Assembly (NCBI GenBank): GCA_965277805.1
Contig: OZ255842.1
Span: 4,064,001 to 4,128,000 of the forward strand
Length of the DNA stretch: 64,000 nucleotides
DNA from: Candidatus Lustribacter sp.
GTDB taxonomy: Bacteria > Vulcanimicrobiota > Vulcanimicrobiia > Vulcanimicrobiales > Vulcanimicrobiaceae
Direction of reading: 5' to 3'
In this document: piece by piece, positions 8,812 to 18,130 of the stretch
Layout: each line of letters begins with the position of its first letter
Numbering within the stretch: the stretch's first letter is position 1
Translations under genes and position numbers: made by a program
The notes under the pieces: generated by a model
Database searches by the model: none
What the model saw: the letters and a program-made list of their open reading frames with translations, nothing else
Told to the model about the DNA's origin: nothing

Positions 8812-9936
8812 ATGCGCACGCGCGCTGCCATTCTCCACGAACTCGGGCTGCCGCAACCGTACGCGCAGAGCAAGCCGCTCACGATCGAAGAGATCGAGTT
8901 CGATTCGCCGGGCTTCGGCGAAGTGGTGGTGAAGATCGCGAGCGCCGGTCTCTGCCACTCGGATCTGTCGAACCTCAACGGCGCGATGCCGAAGGAGACG
9001 CCGCTCGCGCTCGGTCACGAAGCCGCCGGCATCGTCGAAGACGTCGGCGCCGGCGTCACCGAGTTCAAACCCGGCGATCACGTCGTCTTCGCATTCGTTG
9101 CGATGTGCGGTCACTGCGAGATGTGCATCAAGGGGAAACCCGCGATGTGCATTCCCGGCCACGCGGCCAATCGTGCCGGCGGCATCCTGCGCGGCGGCAC
9201 GCGCTTCCGGCTGCACGGCAAACCCGTGTACCACCATCTCGGCGTCACCGCGTTCACCGAGCGCACGATCTGTGCGCAAGAGTCGCTGGTGAAAATTCCC
9301 GACGACGTGCCGCTCGAATTCGCCGCGGTCTTCAGCTGCGGCGCGCTCACCGGCCTCGGTTCGGTGTTCAACGTCGCGCAGGCGAAACCGGGGATGACGA
9401 TTGCGATCTTCGGCGGCGGCGGTGTCGGAATGATGGCCCTGCTCGGCGCCGTATGCGCCGGCGCGACCGCGATCGTCGTCGATCCGCTCGAGAACAAACG
9501 CGCGCTGGCCCGGGAGCTCGGCGCCGCGCTGACGATCGACCCCAATGCGGGCGATCCGGGCACGCAGATCCGCGAGGCGCTGGGCATCCTCGGTGTCGAC
9601 GTCGCGATCGAGGCCACCGCGCACGCGCCGGTCGTGCTGCAGGCGCTCACGGCGACCGCCCCATGCGGTATGGCGATCGCGCTCGGCATCGCGAACCCCG
9701 CCACGACCGTACCGATCCCGCCGCTGCTGCTGACCGGGGGTGAGCGGACGCTGCGCGGCAGCTTCATGGGCGCCTCCGTCCCACGGCGCGACATCCCCAC
9801 CTACATCCGGCTCTGGCAAAGCGGAAAACTCCCCATCGAGCGTCTCCTCAGCGGTACAATCGGGCTCGACGGCCTCAACGAAGCCTTCGACAAGCTCGCC
9901 GCGGGCGAGGTAATTCGGACAATGTGCATCGCATAG
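8812..9936 (+). CDS. Zinc-dependent alcohol dehydrogenase
   Basis: CHSD, GHE, CGHCEMC..C structural Zn site, GGGGVG Rossmann motif. Confidence 0.93.
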   Translation: MRTRAAILHELGLPQPYAQSKPLTIEEIEFDSPGFGEVVVKIASAGLCHSDLSNLNGAMPKETPLALGHEAAGIVEDVGAGVTEFKPGDHVVFAFVAMCGHCEMCIKGKPAMCIPGHAANRAGGILRGGTRFRLHGKPVYHHLGVTAFTERTICAQESLVKIPDDVPLEFAAVFSCGALTGLGSVFNVAQAKPGMTIAIFGGGGVGMMALLGAVCAGATAIVVDPLENKRALARELGAALTIDPNAGDPGTQIREALGILGVDVAIEATAHAPVVLQALTATAPCGMAIALGIANPATTVPIPPLLLTGGERTLRGSFMGASVPRRDIPTYIRLWQSGKLPIERLLSGTIGLDGLNEAFDKLAAGEVIRTMCIA

Positions 9937-9945
9937 GGTGAAGTC

Positions 9946-11097
9946 ATGAAAATCGCCGTTCCACGCGAGCGGGTTCCCGGTGAGCGCCGCGTCGCGCTCG
10001 TGCCGGAGACCGCCGGAAAACTGGTCAAAGCCGGGATCGCCGTTGCGATCGAGCACGATGCCGGGCGCGCCGCGGGCTTCCTCGATGAAGCCTACACCGC
10101 CGCCGGCGCGACGATCGCCCCGGACGAAGCCGCGACGGTCGCCGACGCCGACATCATCGTGCGCGTCACCAAGCCCAGCGACGCCGAACTGAACGGCCTC
10201 AAGCGCGGCGCGATCGTCATCGGTTTTCTGGCGCCGCTCGGCGACCCGCGTTCGGTGGAACGCTACGCGCTGCGCGGGCTCACCGCGCTCAGCATGGACG
10301 CGATCCCGCGCACGACCAAAGCGCAAGCGATGGACGCGCTCTCATCGCAAGCGAATATCGCCGGTTACAAAGCGGCTCTAGCCGGCGCCATGGCGCTGCC
10401 GAAATTTTTCCCGATGCTCACGACCGCGGCCGGTACGATCAAGCCGGCCAAAGCGCTGATCATCGGTGCCGGCGTCGCCGGTCTGCAAGCGATCGCGACG
10501 TGCCGCCGCCTGGGCGCGGTGGTGACCGCATACGACACGCGTCCGGTGGTCAAGGAACAAGTGCAGTCGCTCGGCGCGAAGTTCTTGGAGATCGACGTCG
10601 GCGAGAGCGGCGAAGGCCAAGGCGGGTACGCGCGCGAGCTCTCGGCCGAAGCGATCGAGAAGCAGCGCCTCGGCATGATCAAGGCGATCGGCGCATCCGA
10701 CGTCGTGATCACGACCGCGCTCGTCCCCGGACGGCGCGCGCCGATCCTCATCACGAAGGACGCGGTCGCGGCGATGGCGCCCGGCAGCGTCGTCGTCGAT
10801 CTCGCGGCCGAAGCCGGTGGGAACTGCGAATACACGGTGACCGGCGAGACCGTCGCGAGCCCCAACGGCGTGACGATTATCGGAACGCTGAATTGGCCGT
10901 CGACCGTTGCCACCGACGCGAGCCAGCTCTACTCGAAGAACGTGCAGACCCTGCTCGAATATTTCATCAAGGACGCGAAGATCGAACTGGATATGACCGA
11001 CGAGATCATCGCGGGAACGACGCTGGTGCACGACGGCACGATCGTCCACAAGCCGACGCTCGACGCACTCGCGAACGCGAAGGGAAGCGCATCGTGA
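9946..11097 (+). CDS. pntA: NAD(P) transhydrogenase subunit alpha part 1
   Basis: ERRVALVP, MDALSSQANIAGYKA, GAGVAGLQA motifs. Confidence 0.96.
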   Translation: MKIAVPRERVPGERRVALVPETAGKLVKAGIAVAIEHDAGRAAGFLDEAYTAAGATIAPDEAATVADADIIVRVTKPSDAELNGLKRGAIVIGFLAPLGDPRSVERYALRGLTALSMDAIPRTTKAQAMDALSSQANIAGYKAALAGAMALPKFFPMLTTAAGTIKPAKALIIGAGVAGLQAIATCRRLGAVVTAYDTRPVVKEQVQSLGAKFLEIDVGESGEGQGGYARELSAEAIEKQRLGMIKAIGASDVVITTALVPGRRAPILITKDAVAAMAPGSVVVDLAAEAGGNCEYTVTGETVASPNGVTIIGTLNWPSTVATDASQLYSKNVQTLLEYFIKDAKIELDMTDEIIAGTTLVHDGTIVHKPTLDALANAKGSAS

Positions 11098-11399
11098 CCG
11101 ACCATCTGCTCACCGAGATCACGGTCTTCATCTTGGCCGTGTTCGTCGGCATCGAAGTGATCGGCCGCGTGCCGAGCACGCTGCACACGCCGCTGATGTC
11201 GGCCACGAACGCGATCCACGGCATCGTGCTCGTCGGCGCGATCCTCGTCGCCGGGCTGCAGTTCGCGCCGCTCGGTCCGGTCGTCGGCTTCATCTTGATC
11301 GTGCTCGCGTCGCTCAACGTGTTCGGCGGCTACACCGTCACGGAACGCATGCTCGCGATGTTCCGCCCGCGCCCCGTCGTCGCGAAGAAGGACGACTAG
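11094..11399 (+). CDS. pntAB: NAD(P) transhydrogenase subunit alpha part 2 (membrane)
   Basis: LHTPLMSATNAIHG and NVFGGYTVTERML motifs; GTG overlaps the upstream stop. Confidence 0.94.
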   Translation: MTDHLLTEITVFILAVFVGIEVIGRVPSTLHTPLMSATNAIHGIVLVGAILVAGLQFAPLGPVVGFILIVLASLNVFGGYTVTERMLAMFRPRPVVAKKDD

Positions 11400-11400
11400 C

Positions 11401-12813
11401 ATGGAAGCAGTCGCAGCAACGGCGACGTGGTACAACGTCGCGTATCTCATCACGGGGATCCTGTTCATCCTCGGCCTCAAGTACATGAGTTCGCCGAAGA
11501 CCGCGCGCTTCGGCAACCGCCTCTCGATGGCGGGCATGGTGATCGCGCTGATCGCCACGTTTGCGCAGGGCGTCGTGCAGTGGCCCGTGATCGTCGGCGG
11601 CCTAGTCGTCGGCGCGGCCGTCGGCATTTATTCCGGCCGCGCCGTCAAGATGACCGCGATGCCGCAGATGGTCGCGATCTTCAACGGGTGCGGCGGCGGC
11701 GCCGCATCGCTCGTCGCGATGGGCGAGCTCATGAAGACGCTCTCCGCTTCCAACGGCGCACCGCTGCCCTACGATTTCACGATCACGACGATGCTCACGG
11801 CCGCAATCGGCGCGCTGAGCTTCTCCGGCTCGATCATCGCGTTCTTGAAGTTGCAAGAACTGATGACCGGCCGTCCGATCACCTATCCCGGCCAGCAGAT
11901 CGTCAACGCGCTCGTGCTGCTCGGCATTCTCTATTGCGCCGTGATGGTCATCATCAACGGCCCCGACGTGCTGCTGCACTTCAGCATCGCGCTCGTGCTC
12001 GCGCTGCTGCTCGGCGTGCTCTTCGTGCTGCCGATCGGTGGCGCGGACATGCCGGTCGTTATCTCGCTGCTCAACTCGTTCACCGGTCTCGCAGCCGCGC
12101 TAACGGGCTTCGTGCTCAACAACAACGTGCTGATCATCTCGGGCGCGCTGGTCGGCGCGTCGGGCACGCTGCTCACGCTGCTGATGGGCAAAGCGATGAA
12201 CCGCTCCGTCACCAACGTGCTCTTCGGCGCGTTCGGTTCGGTGCAGTCCTCGGGCGGCGGCGCGGCCGGCGGCAGCGGCGCCGAAGTGCGTTCGGTGTCG
12301 GCTGAAGATACCGCGGCGCTGCTCGCCTATGCCTCGCAAGTCATCATCGTGCCGGGCTACGGCATGGCCGTGGCGCAAGCGCAGCACTCGATTCGCGAAC
12401 TCGAGGATCTGCTCGAGAAACGCGGCGTCGAGGTGAAGTACGCGATCCATCCGGTTGCCGGACGCATGCCCGGTCACATGAACGTGCTGCTGGCCGAAGC
12501 TAACGTCCCTTACACCTCGCTTTACGACATGGACGACATCAACCCCGAGTTCGAGCGCACCACCGTTGCACTGGTCGTCGGTGCTAACGACGTCACGAAC
12601 CCCGCCGCGCGCAACGACAAGACCTCACCGATCTACGGCATGCCGATCCTCAACGTCGACAAAGCCGAAAACGTGATCGTCCTCAAACGCTCGATGAAAT
12701 CGGGCTTCGCCGGCATCGACAACCCGCTCTACGAAGACCCCAAAACCGCCATGCTCTTCGGCGACGCCAAGAAATCCATCGACGCCGTAAACAACGCCCT
12801 AAAACAACTCTAG
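11401..12813 (+). CDS. pntB: NAD(P) transhydrogenase subunit beta
   Basis: MTAMPQMVA, GGADMPVVISLLNS, HPVAGRMPGHMNVLLAEA motifs. Confidence 0.97.
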   Translation: MEAVAATATWYNVAYLITGILFILGLKYMSSPKTARFGNRLSMAGMVIALIATFAQGVVQWPVIVGGLVVGAAVGIYSGRAVKMTAMPQMVAIFNGCGGGAASLVAMGELMKTLSASNGAPLPYDFTITTMLTAAIGALSFSGSIIAFLKLQELMTGRPITYPGQQIVNALVLLGILYCAVMVIINGPDVLLHFSIALVLALLLGVLFVLPIGGADMPVVISLLNSFTGLAAALTGFVLNNNVLIISGALVGASGTLLTLLMGKAMNRSVTNVLFGAFGSVQSSGGGAAGGSGAEVRSVSAEDTAALLAYASQVIIVPGYGMAVAQAQHSIRELEDLLEKRGVEVKYAIHPVAGRMPGHMNVLLAEANVPYTSLYDMDDINPEFERTTVALVVGANDVTNPAARNDKTSPIYGMPILNVDKAENVIVLKRSMKSGFAGIDNPLYEDPKTAMLFGDAKKSIDAVNNALKQL

Positions 12814-12848
12814 CCTAATCGGTGAACAACGCCCTAAAAAAACTCTAG
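12787..12848. repeat. 27-bp direct repeat duplicating the 3' end of pntB
   Basis: GTAAACAACGCCCTAAAACAACTCTAG (12787-12813) versus GTGAACAACGCCCTAAAAAAACTCTAG (12822-12848), 25/27 identical. Confidence 0.85.
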
Positions 12849-13054
12849 TCGCGCTTTTCGCCTTTGAGGAGTTTGGCGAGTTCGGCGTCCATTACGGATG
12901 TTTTTACGACGCGCAGGTGGGAGCGCGGTTTGGGGCGCTGGCGCGGGGCCGGCATGGTGAAGGTTGGGAGACGGCCGCCGAGTTTGCGGGCGACGATCAG
13001 CCAAACGATGAGCGCGACGACGAGCAGGGGTACGAGCTGGCCGATGAGATTCAT
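12845..13054 (-). CDS. Small single-pass membrane protein (69 aa)
   Basis: MNLIGQLVPLLVVALIVWLIVARK hydrophobic helix with a basic tail; fills the intergenic gap. Confidence 0.6.
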   Translation of the reverse strand: MNLIGQLVPLLVVALIVWLIVARKLGGRLPTFTMPAPRQRPKPRSHLRVVKTSVMDAELAKLLKGEKRD

Positions 13055-13079
13055 CTCCGCGAGTCTAACACAACCGGCG

Positions 13080-13529
13080 ATGAAGATGCTGGTGACCTGC
13101 GTCGCCGCCGTGCTGCTGGCGACGACCGCTCTCGCCGGTTGCGCCAAGGCAGCCGATCCGAGCGGCGCCGGCGATTCGGCGGCAACGGCGTGCGATAACT
13201 CGGGATTCCTCGCCGCGCAGCACGCGCACGTGAACCATGCCGAGGTCACGTTCTGCGGCACGGTCGTACGGCTGCGGCCGGCCAAGCACACGCGCAGCGG
13301 CTGGCATCGCTACGTCTACGTGGACGTCGGGCACGACAACGTGATCGAGATCGACGCCAACCTCGATGAGATGGGCAACTTCCCGGTCACCGACGGCGAG
13401 CAAGCCGTGGTGCGCGGTGAGTACTACTACGACCAGGATGGCCGCGAGGGCGTGCACTGGACGCACCATACCGACCGCGGCTCACACCCGCCGGGCTACC
13501 TCATCCTGAACGGCAAGACGTACAGCTAG
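13080..13529 (+). CDS. DUF3465-like lipoprotein
   Basis: LAGC lipobox; GEYYY...GVHWTHH...HPPGYL..NGKTY motif. Confidence 0.8.
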   Translation: MKMLVTCVAAVLLATTALAGCAKAADPSGAGDSAATACDNSGFLAAQHAHVNHAEVTFCGTVVRLRPAKHTRSGWHRYVYVDVGHDNVIEIDANLDEMGNFPVTDGEQAVVRGEYYYDQDGREGVHWTHHTDRGSHPPGYLILNGKTYS

Positions 13530-13789
13530 CGCCGCGAGGCGATTGCGTCGACGGCGGTCGAGACCAGCGCCAGGATCGCGAGCCCGAGCATCGCGACCAC
13601 GCCGATCACCAGCGTCGCGTAGTGGAACGGCACGCACCCGACCATCGCGATCGCCGCGAGAATAACGAGGACGCGCGAGCGCAGCGAGTACTTCGCGGCG
13701 TTGGCTTTGCGGCTCATCATCAGGAAGAGCACGTAGTAGAGCAGTCCGGCAAATTCGTAGGGGTAGCCGGCCGCGATTACGGCGTTCAG
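13526..13789 (-). CDS. Small membrane protein; start uncertain (CTG 13789 or GTG 13732)
   Basis: Up to three hydrophobic segments; GGAG lies 8 nt before the CTG. Confidence 0.55.
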   Translation of the reverse strand: MNAVIAAGYPYEFAGLLYYVLFLMMSRKANAAKYSLRSRVLVILAAIAMVGCVPFHYATLVIGVVAMLGLAILALVSTAVDAIASRR

Positions 13790-13790
13790 G

Positions 13791-15395
13791 TCAAAGTCTC
13801 CAGTCGGCGGCGTTCCACGTCGGGTTGAACGCGTTCGGCGCGAAGCCGTGCAATGCCGCGCGGTACGCGTAGATATACGAGGGGTCGAACAAGTACACGA
13901 TCGGGACGGCGGCGGCCACCCGCTGCTCGATGGCCGAATATAGAGCCTTGCGTTCGGCTTGCGAGGGCGCGGCCAGCGCGCGGTGCTCGAGTGCGTCGAC
14001 GTGCGGATCGCACCAGCGCATCACGTTGGCCGGGCCGTCGCACGTCAGTAGAAAACTGTCATCGGGATCGGCACCCATCGGCCACGGCACGTACGCAAGA
14101 TCGAACGCGCCGGTCGCGAGCGCGCCGCCTTCGGCCTTCGGCAAGAACAGCTTCGCGTTGGTCACGGACTTCAATGTCAGTTCGATCCCGCGCGCGTGCA
14201 GCGCCCGCTCGATGAACGCCGCCGCGCGCACGCCCGTCTGGCTCTCCGGAAACTGCACGTAGGTCAGCGCGAGCCGTTTGCCGTTCTTCACGCGCACGCC
14301 GTCCGCGCCGCGCAACCAGCCTGCCGCATCGAAGAGCCGGTCGGCCGCTGCCGGATCGTACGCCGGTAAATGTACCGCCGGATCGCGCGCCCACGAGCCG
14401 AGCGGCTGCGCCGTGTCGACGACCGGATAGCGCTTGAACGTAATCTTGTCGCTGATCGCCTGACGGTCGATCGACGCCGCGATCGCGCGGCGCACGCGCA
14501 CGTCGTCGAGCGGCGGATGCGTCGTGTTGAACGCCACTCCCGCGATCAGCGCCAGCGGAACGTACGTGAATGCAATCCCCGCGTGTCCGAGCATCGATTG
14601 CTGCTGCACGGGCGAGATCAAGTTCCAGTCGAGCGCGCCGCTGAGCAGCGAGGTATAGTTCGTGCCCGGATCGGGAACGATGCGAATGTCGAGCCGCTTC
14701 GTCGCCGGCGCGCCGCGCCAATACGCGGGATTGCTTTCGTACACGAGCCGCTCGCCGCGCTCCCACGACACGAACTTGTACGGGCCGTCGCCCACCGGCG
14801 CGCCGCCGAACGCCGCACGATCGAGCGGCGGTTCGTTCGCGAGCAAATGCGCGGGCAGCACGTACTGCGGCGCGGTACCGTAGCTGAATAACGTCGCAAC
14901 TGCGGGCGCCCACGGCGCCTTGAGCACCACGCGCACGGTTTCATCGTCGATGCGCTCGGCGCGCGCCACGCGGTCGTAGCCTTCGCGCGAACCGACCGGA
15001 TTGCGCGGATCGACGATCGCGTGCAGCGTGAAGAGCACGTCGCTCGCCGTCACCGGCACGCCGTCTTGCCAGCGCACGCCGTGCCGCAGACGGTATGTGA
15101 TCGTGCGTCCGTCACGCGAGAGATCGCCGTTCGCGACGGTTGGGATGCGCGCCAGCAAAATGGGTATGGCGCGTCCGTGCGCATCGATATCGATAAACGG
15201 CTCGAATGCAAGCCGGGCCAGTTGCTGCTCGACGCTGTTGGCGTCGGCATGCGCGAAGAGCGGATCCAGCGTTTGCGGATCGGCGGCGATGGCAAAGCGC
15301 ACGTTCGCGGCGGGCGTCCCGGTACCGCCGGTTCGCGTACAGGCCGTGGCCGCCAGCAGCAGCGCGATTCCAAGCCGGCGGAGAGCGGCGATCAC
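13791..15395 (-). CDS. Peptide ABC transporter substrate-binding lipoprotein (family 5)
   Basis: ATAC lipobox; LRHGVRWQDGVPVTASDVLFT, GDGPYKF, DVRVRRAI motifs. Confidence 0.92.
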   Translation of the reverse strand: MIAALRRLGIALLLAATACTRTGGTGTPAANVRFAIAADPQTLDPLFAHADANSVEQQLARLAFEPFIDIDAHGRAIPILLARIPTVANGDLSRDGRTITYRLRHGVRWQDGVPVTASDVLFTLHAIVDPRNPVGSREGYDRVARAERIDDETVRVVLKAPWAPAVATLFSYGTAPQYVLPAHLLANEPPLDRAAFGGAPVGDGPYKFVSWERGERLVYESNPAYWRGAPATKRLDIRIVPDPGTNYTSLLSGALDWNLISPVQQQSMLGHAGIAFTYVPLALIAGVAFNTTHPPLDDVRVRRAIAASIDRQAISDKITFKRYPVVDTAQPLGSWARDPAVHLPAYDPAAADRLFDAAGWLRGADGVRVKNGKRLALTYVQFPESQTGVRAAAFIERALHARGIELTLKSVTNAKLFLPKAEGGALATGAFDLAYVPWPMGADPDDSFLLTCDGPANVMRWCDPHVDALEHRALAAPSQAERKALYSAIEQRVAAAVPIVYLFDPSYIYAYRAALHGFAPNAFNPTWNAADWRL

Positions 15396-15484
15396 CCCGC
15401 TGGCGGTTTTCCCCGGGGGGCCGAAGCCCTGCGGGGCCGGCCGCAACGGTCGGCCGAGGTGGGCGGTTTCAAGGTTTCGGTCTG

Positions 15485-16864
15485 ATGCTCGAACTCGAAT
15501 TACCACCCCCTGGTCAATCGCCGGCCGCCGCGCCGGCGTCGTTCGAACACAGGCGGCTACGCGACGGAGCCTTCTGGCAAACCGTCCCTCGGTACGCTGG
15601 GGTGGATGAGGCGACGTTTCTCGACCATGGCTGGCAAGGCCGAAACTCGGTCAAGACGCCGGACGAACTCTTCGCCACGATCGACGGGCTGGTCGACGCG
15701 GCGTTCATCGCCGACGCCCGCGAGGGCTTCGAGCTCGCGCCGATGGCCGTGCGGGTCTCGCCGTACCTCATCGCCGCGATCGACTGGTCGCAGCCCTACA
15801 CCGATCCGATACGTCGCCAGTTCATCCCGCTGCGGTCGACCGCGCGCTCCGATCATCCGCGGCTGACGCTCGACTCGCTGCACGAACAGCAAGACTCGCC
15901 CGTACCGGGCCTGATCCATCGCTACGCCGACAAAGCGCTCTTTCTGCCGACGCAAACGTGCCCGGTGTATTGCCGCTTTTGTACGCGCTCGTACGTCATC
16001 GGACCCGACACCGAGAGCGTCGACAAACTCGCGCTCGGCAAGACGCCCGATGCATGGGGTCCGGTGTTCGATTACATCGCCGCGCATCCGGAGATCGAAG
16101 ACATCGTCATTTCCGGCGGTGATGCCTACCAGCTCGCGCCGAAGAACATCACGCTCATCGGCGACGCGCTGCTCGCGATCCCGCACGTGCGGCGCATGCG
16201 CTTTGCAACCAAAGGCCTGGCCGTGATGCCGATGAAAATTCTGACCGACCCTGCCTGGGTCGATGCGCTCGTCGGCGTCGTCAATAAGGGCCGCGCGCTC
16301 GGCAAAGAAGTCGTCGTGCACACGCACTTCAACCACCCGAACGAAATCACCGCGATAACGGCGCGCGCCATGGCGGTGTTATTCGAGCGCGGGGTGTACG
16401 TGCGTAACCAAACCGTTCTCATGCGCGGCGTCAACGATGACGCCGCAACCATGTTGCTGCTGGTGAAGCGGCTCGAGTACGTCAACATTCACCCGTATTA
16501 CGTGTACGTGCACGACTTGGTGAGCGGCGTCGAAGACCTGCGCACGTCGGTGCAAACCGCGCTGGACATCGAAAAAACCGTGCGCGGAGCGACCGCCGGC
16601 TACAACACGCCGACATTCGTCTGCGATGCGCCCGGCGGCGGCGGCAAGCGCGACGTGCACTCGTTCGAATGGTACGACCGCGAAACCGGGGTGTCGGTGT
16701 GGACCGCGCCGAGCGTCAAGCCCGGCAAGTATTTCCTGTACTTCGACCCGCTCAACGCACTCGAGCCGCGCATGCAAGCGCGCTGGGCCGTACCGGAACT
16801 GCAAGACCGCATGATCGCCGACGCCTTGGCCCATGCGGGCGGAACCGCCGCCGCACTCGCCTAA
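15485..16864 (+). CDS. KamA-family radical SAM/PLP enzyme (lysine 2,3-aminomutase-like)
   Basis: CPVYCRFC, SGGD, HFNHPNE, NQTVL.RGVND, DAPGGGGK motifs. Confidence 0.92.
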   Translation: MLELELPPPGQSPAAAPASFEHRRLRDGAFWQTVPRYAGVDEATFLDHGWQGRNSVKTPDELFATIDGLVDAAFIADAREGFELAPMAVRVSPYLIAAIDWSQPYTDPIRRQFIPLRSTARSDHPRLTLDSLHEQQDSPVPGLIHRYADKALFLPTQTCPVYCRFCTRSYVIGPDTESVDKLALGKTPDAWGPVFDYIAAHPEIEDIVISGGDAYQLAPKNITLIGDALLAIPHVRRMRFATKGLAVMPMKILTDPAWVDALVGVVNKGRALGKEVVVHTHFNHPNEITAITARAMAVLFERGVYVRNQTVLMRGVNDDAATMLLLVKRLEYVNIHPYYVYVHDLVSGVEDLRTSVQTALDIEKTVRGATAGYNTPTFVCDAPGGGGKRDVHSFEWYDRETGVSVWTAPSVKPGKYFLYFDPLNALEPRMQARWAVPELQDRMIADALAHAGGTAAALA

Positions 16865-16874
16865 GCCCCCACGC

Positions 16875-17162
16875 ATGCTCGTCAACTGCGTCATCTACAC
16901 GTTTCCGGCCGACAAAGCCGAGGAAGCGGCGAAAGCTCTGGTCCCGTTGCGCGACGGATCGCGCGCCGAGGCAGGCTGCATCACGTTCGACGTTTCGCGC
17001 AGCAACGAAGATCCCAACGTCTTCGTGCTCTACGAAGAGTGGCGCGATCAGGAGGCGCTCGACGTGCACTACAAGACCGCGCACTTCGAGAAGTACGGGA
17101 TCAACGGGATACGCGTGCTCGCGAGCAACCGCGTCGCCCATCGCTGCCGGCCGCTCGAATAA
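16875..17162 (+). CDS. Antibiotic biosynthesis monooxygenase (ABM)/quinol monooxygenase family
   Basis: SRAEAGC, FVLYEEWRDQEALDVH..T.HF motifs. Confidence 0.88.
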   Translation: MLVNCVIYTFPADKAEEAAKALVPLRDGSRAEAGCITFDVSRSNEDPNVFVLYEEWRDQEALDVHYKTAHFEKYGINGIRVLASNRVAHRCRPLE

Positions 17163-17170
17163 CGCCGCAC

Positions 17171-17734
17171 ATGATGCGGTGGTGTGTCTTCTGCGGTTCG
17201 TCGCCGGGCAACGATCCGCGCTTCGTTGAGTATGCGACCGCGGCCGGCACCGCGATCGCGCAGAGCGGCAACGAACTCGTCTACGGCGGAGGCCGGACCG
17301 GGCTCATGGGGGCCGTGGCGGATGCAACGATCGCTGCGGGCGGCCGGGTCATCGGCGTCATCCCGCGGCACCTCGAGGAGCGCGAGGTCGCGCATCGCGG
17401 CATCAGCGACCTGCGCGTCGTCGGGTCGATGCACGAGCGCAAGGCCCTCATGGCCGAGCTGAGCGGCGGCTTCATCGCGCTGCCGGGCGGCTTCGGGACC
17501 TTCGAAGAATACTGCGAGGTCGTGACCTGGGTCCAGCTCGGGATCCAGCGCAAGCCCTGCATCCTAGCCAACCTCGACGGCTTCTACGACCCCTTGGTGG
17601 CGCAGTTCGACCGCGGCCGCGATGCCGGGTTTATCACGCCGGTCAACCGCGAAATCGTCCAAGTGGTGACATCCCTTGCGGGTTTACTGGCCGTCGTTTC
17701 AAGGAACACCTCGACGGAGCGCATACTTCCCTAG
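17171..17734 (+). CDS. LOG family nucleotide phosphoribohydrolase
   Basis: VFCGS, YGGG..GLMG, MHERK, PGGFGTFEE motifs. Confidence 0.93.
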   Translation: MMRWCVFCGSSPGNDPRFVEYATAAGTAIAQSGNELVYGGGRTGLMGAVADATIAAGGRVIGVIPRHLEEREVAHRGISDLRVVGSMHERKALMAELSGGFIALPGGFGTFEEYCEVVTWVQLGIQRKPCILANLDGFYDPLVAQFDRGRDAGFITPVNREIVQVVTSLAGLLAVVSRNTSTERILP

Positions 17735-17749
17735 GCGAGGAAAGAAACG

Positions 17750-18121
17750 TTGGGAGGAATCGGGCGGCGCGCTCTTGTGGTCGATGATAACGCGATCATG
17801 CGCACGATCGTGGGTCGCATTCTGCGCGAAGCGCAGTTTGATATCGTGGAAGCCACCAACGGCGCCGAAGCAATTCAGGCGTTTTTTCGCGATAAGCCCG
17901 ACATCGTGCTGATGGATCTCAACATGGACGGCATCGACGGCACGGCGGCGATCCGCGGCATCTTGCAGATCAACCCGACGGCCCGCATCGTGGTGTGCTC
18001 GGCGACGAGCGACGCCCACATCGTCCTCAACCTGCTCAAGCTCGGCGCGAAGGGCTACGTAACGAAGCCCTTCACGCCGGAGAAGTTGCTCAACGCAATC
18101 GACGCCGCCCTCGCAGCGTGA
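17750..18121 (+). CDS. Single-domain response regulator (CheY-like)
   Basis: VVDD, LMDLNM, TKPF motifs. Confidence 0.9.
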   Translation: MGGIGRRALVVDDNAIMRTIVGRILREAQFDIVEATNGAEAIQAFFRDKPDIVLMDLNMDGIDGTAAIRGILQINPTARIVVCSATSDAHIVLNLLKLGAKGYVTKPFTPEKLLNAIDAALAA

Positions 18122-18130
18122 TGCGGTGGC

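Noticed and set aside
15396-15484. Riboswitch upstream of the KamA-like gene
   Set aside because: Only one GC hairpin (GGCCGGCCG-CAA-CGGTCGGCC); too short and lacks lysine or SAM riboswitch consensus.
17171-17734. Lysine decarboxylase forming a lysine pathway with KamA
   Set aside because: PGGxGTxEE proteins are LOG phosphoribohydrolases; the decarboxylase label is a known misannotation.
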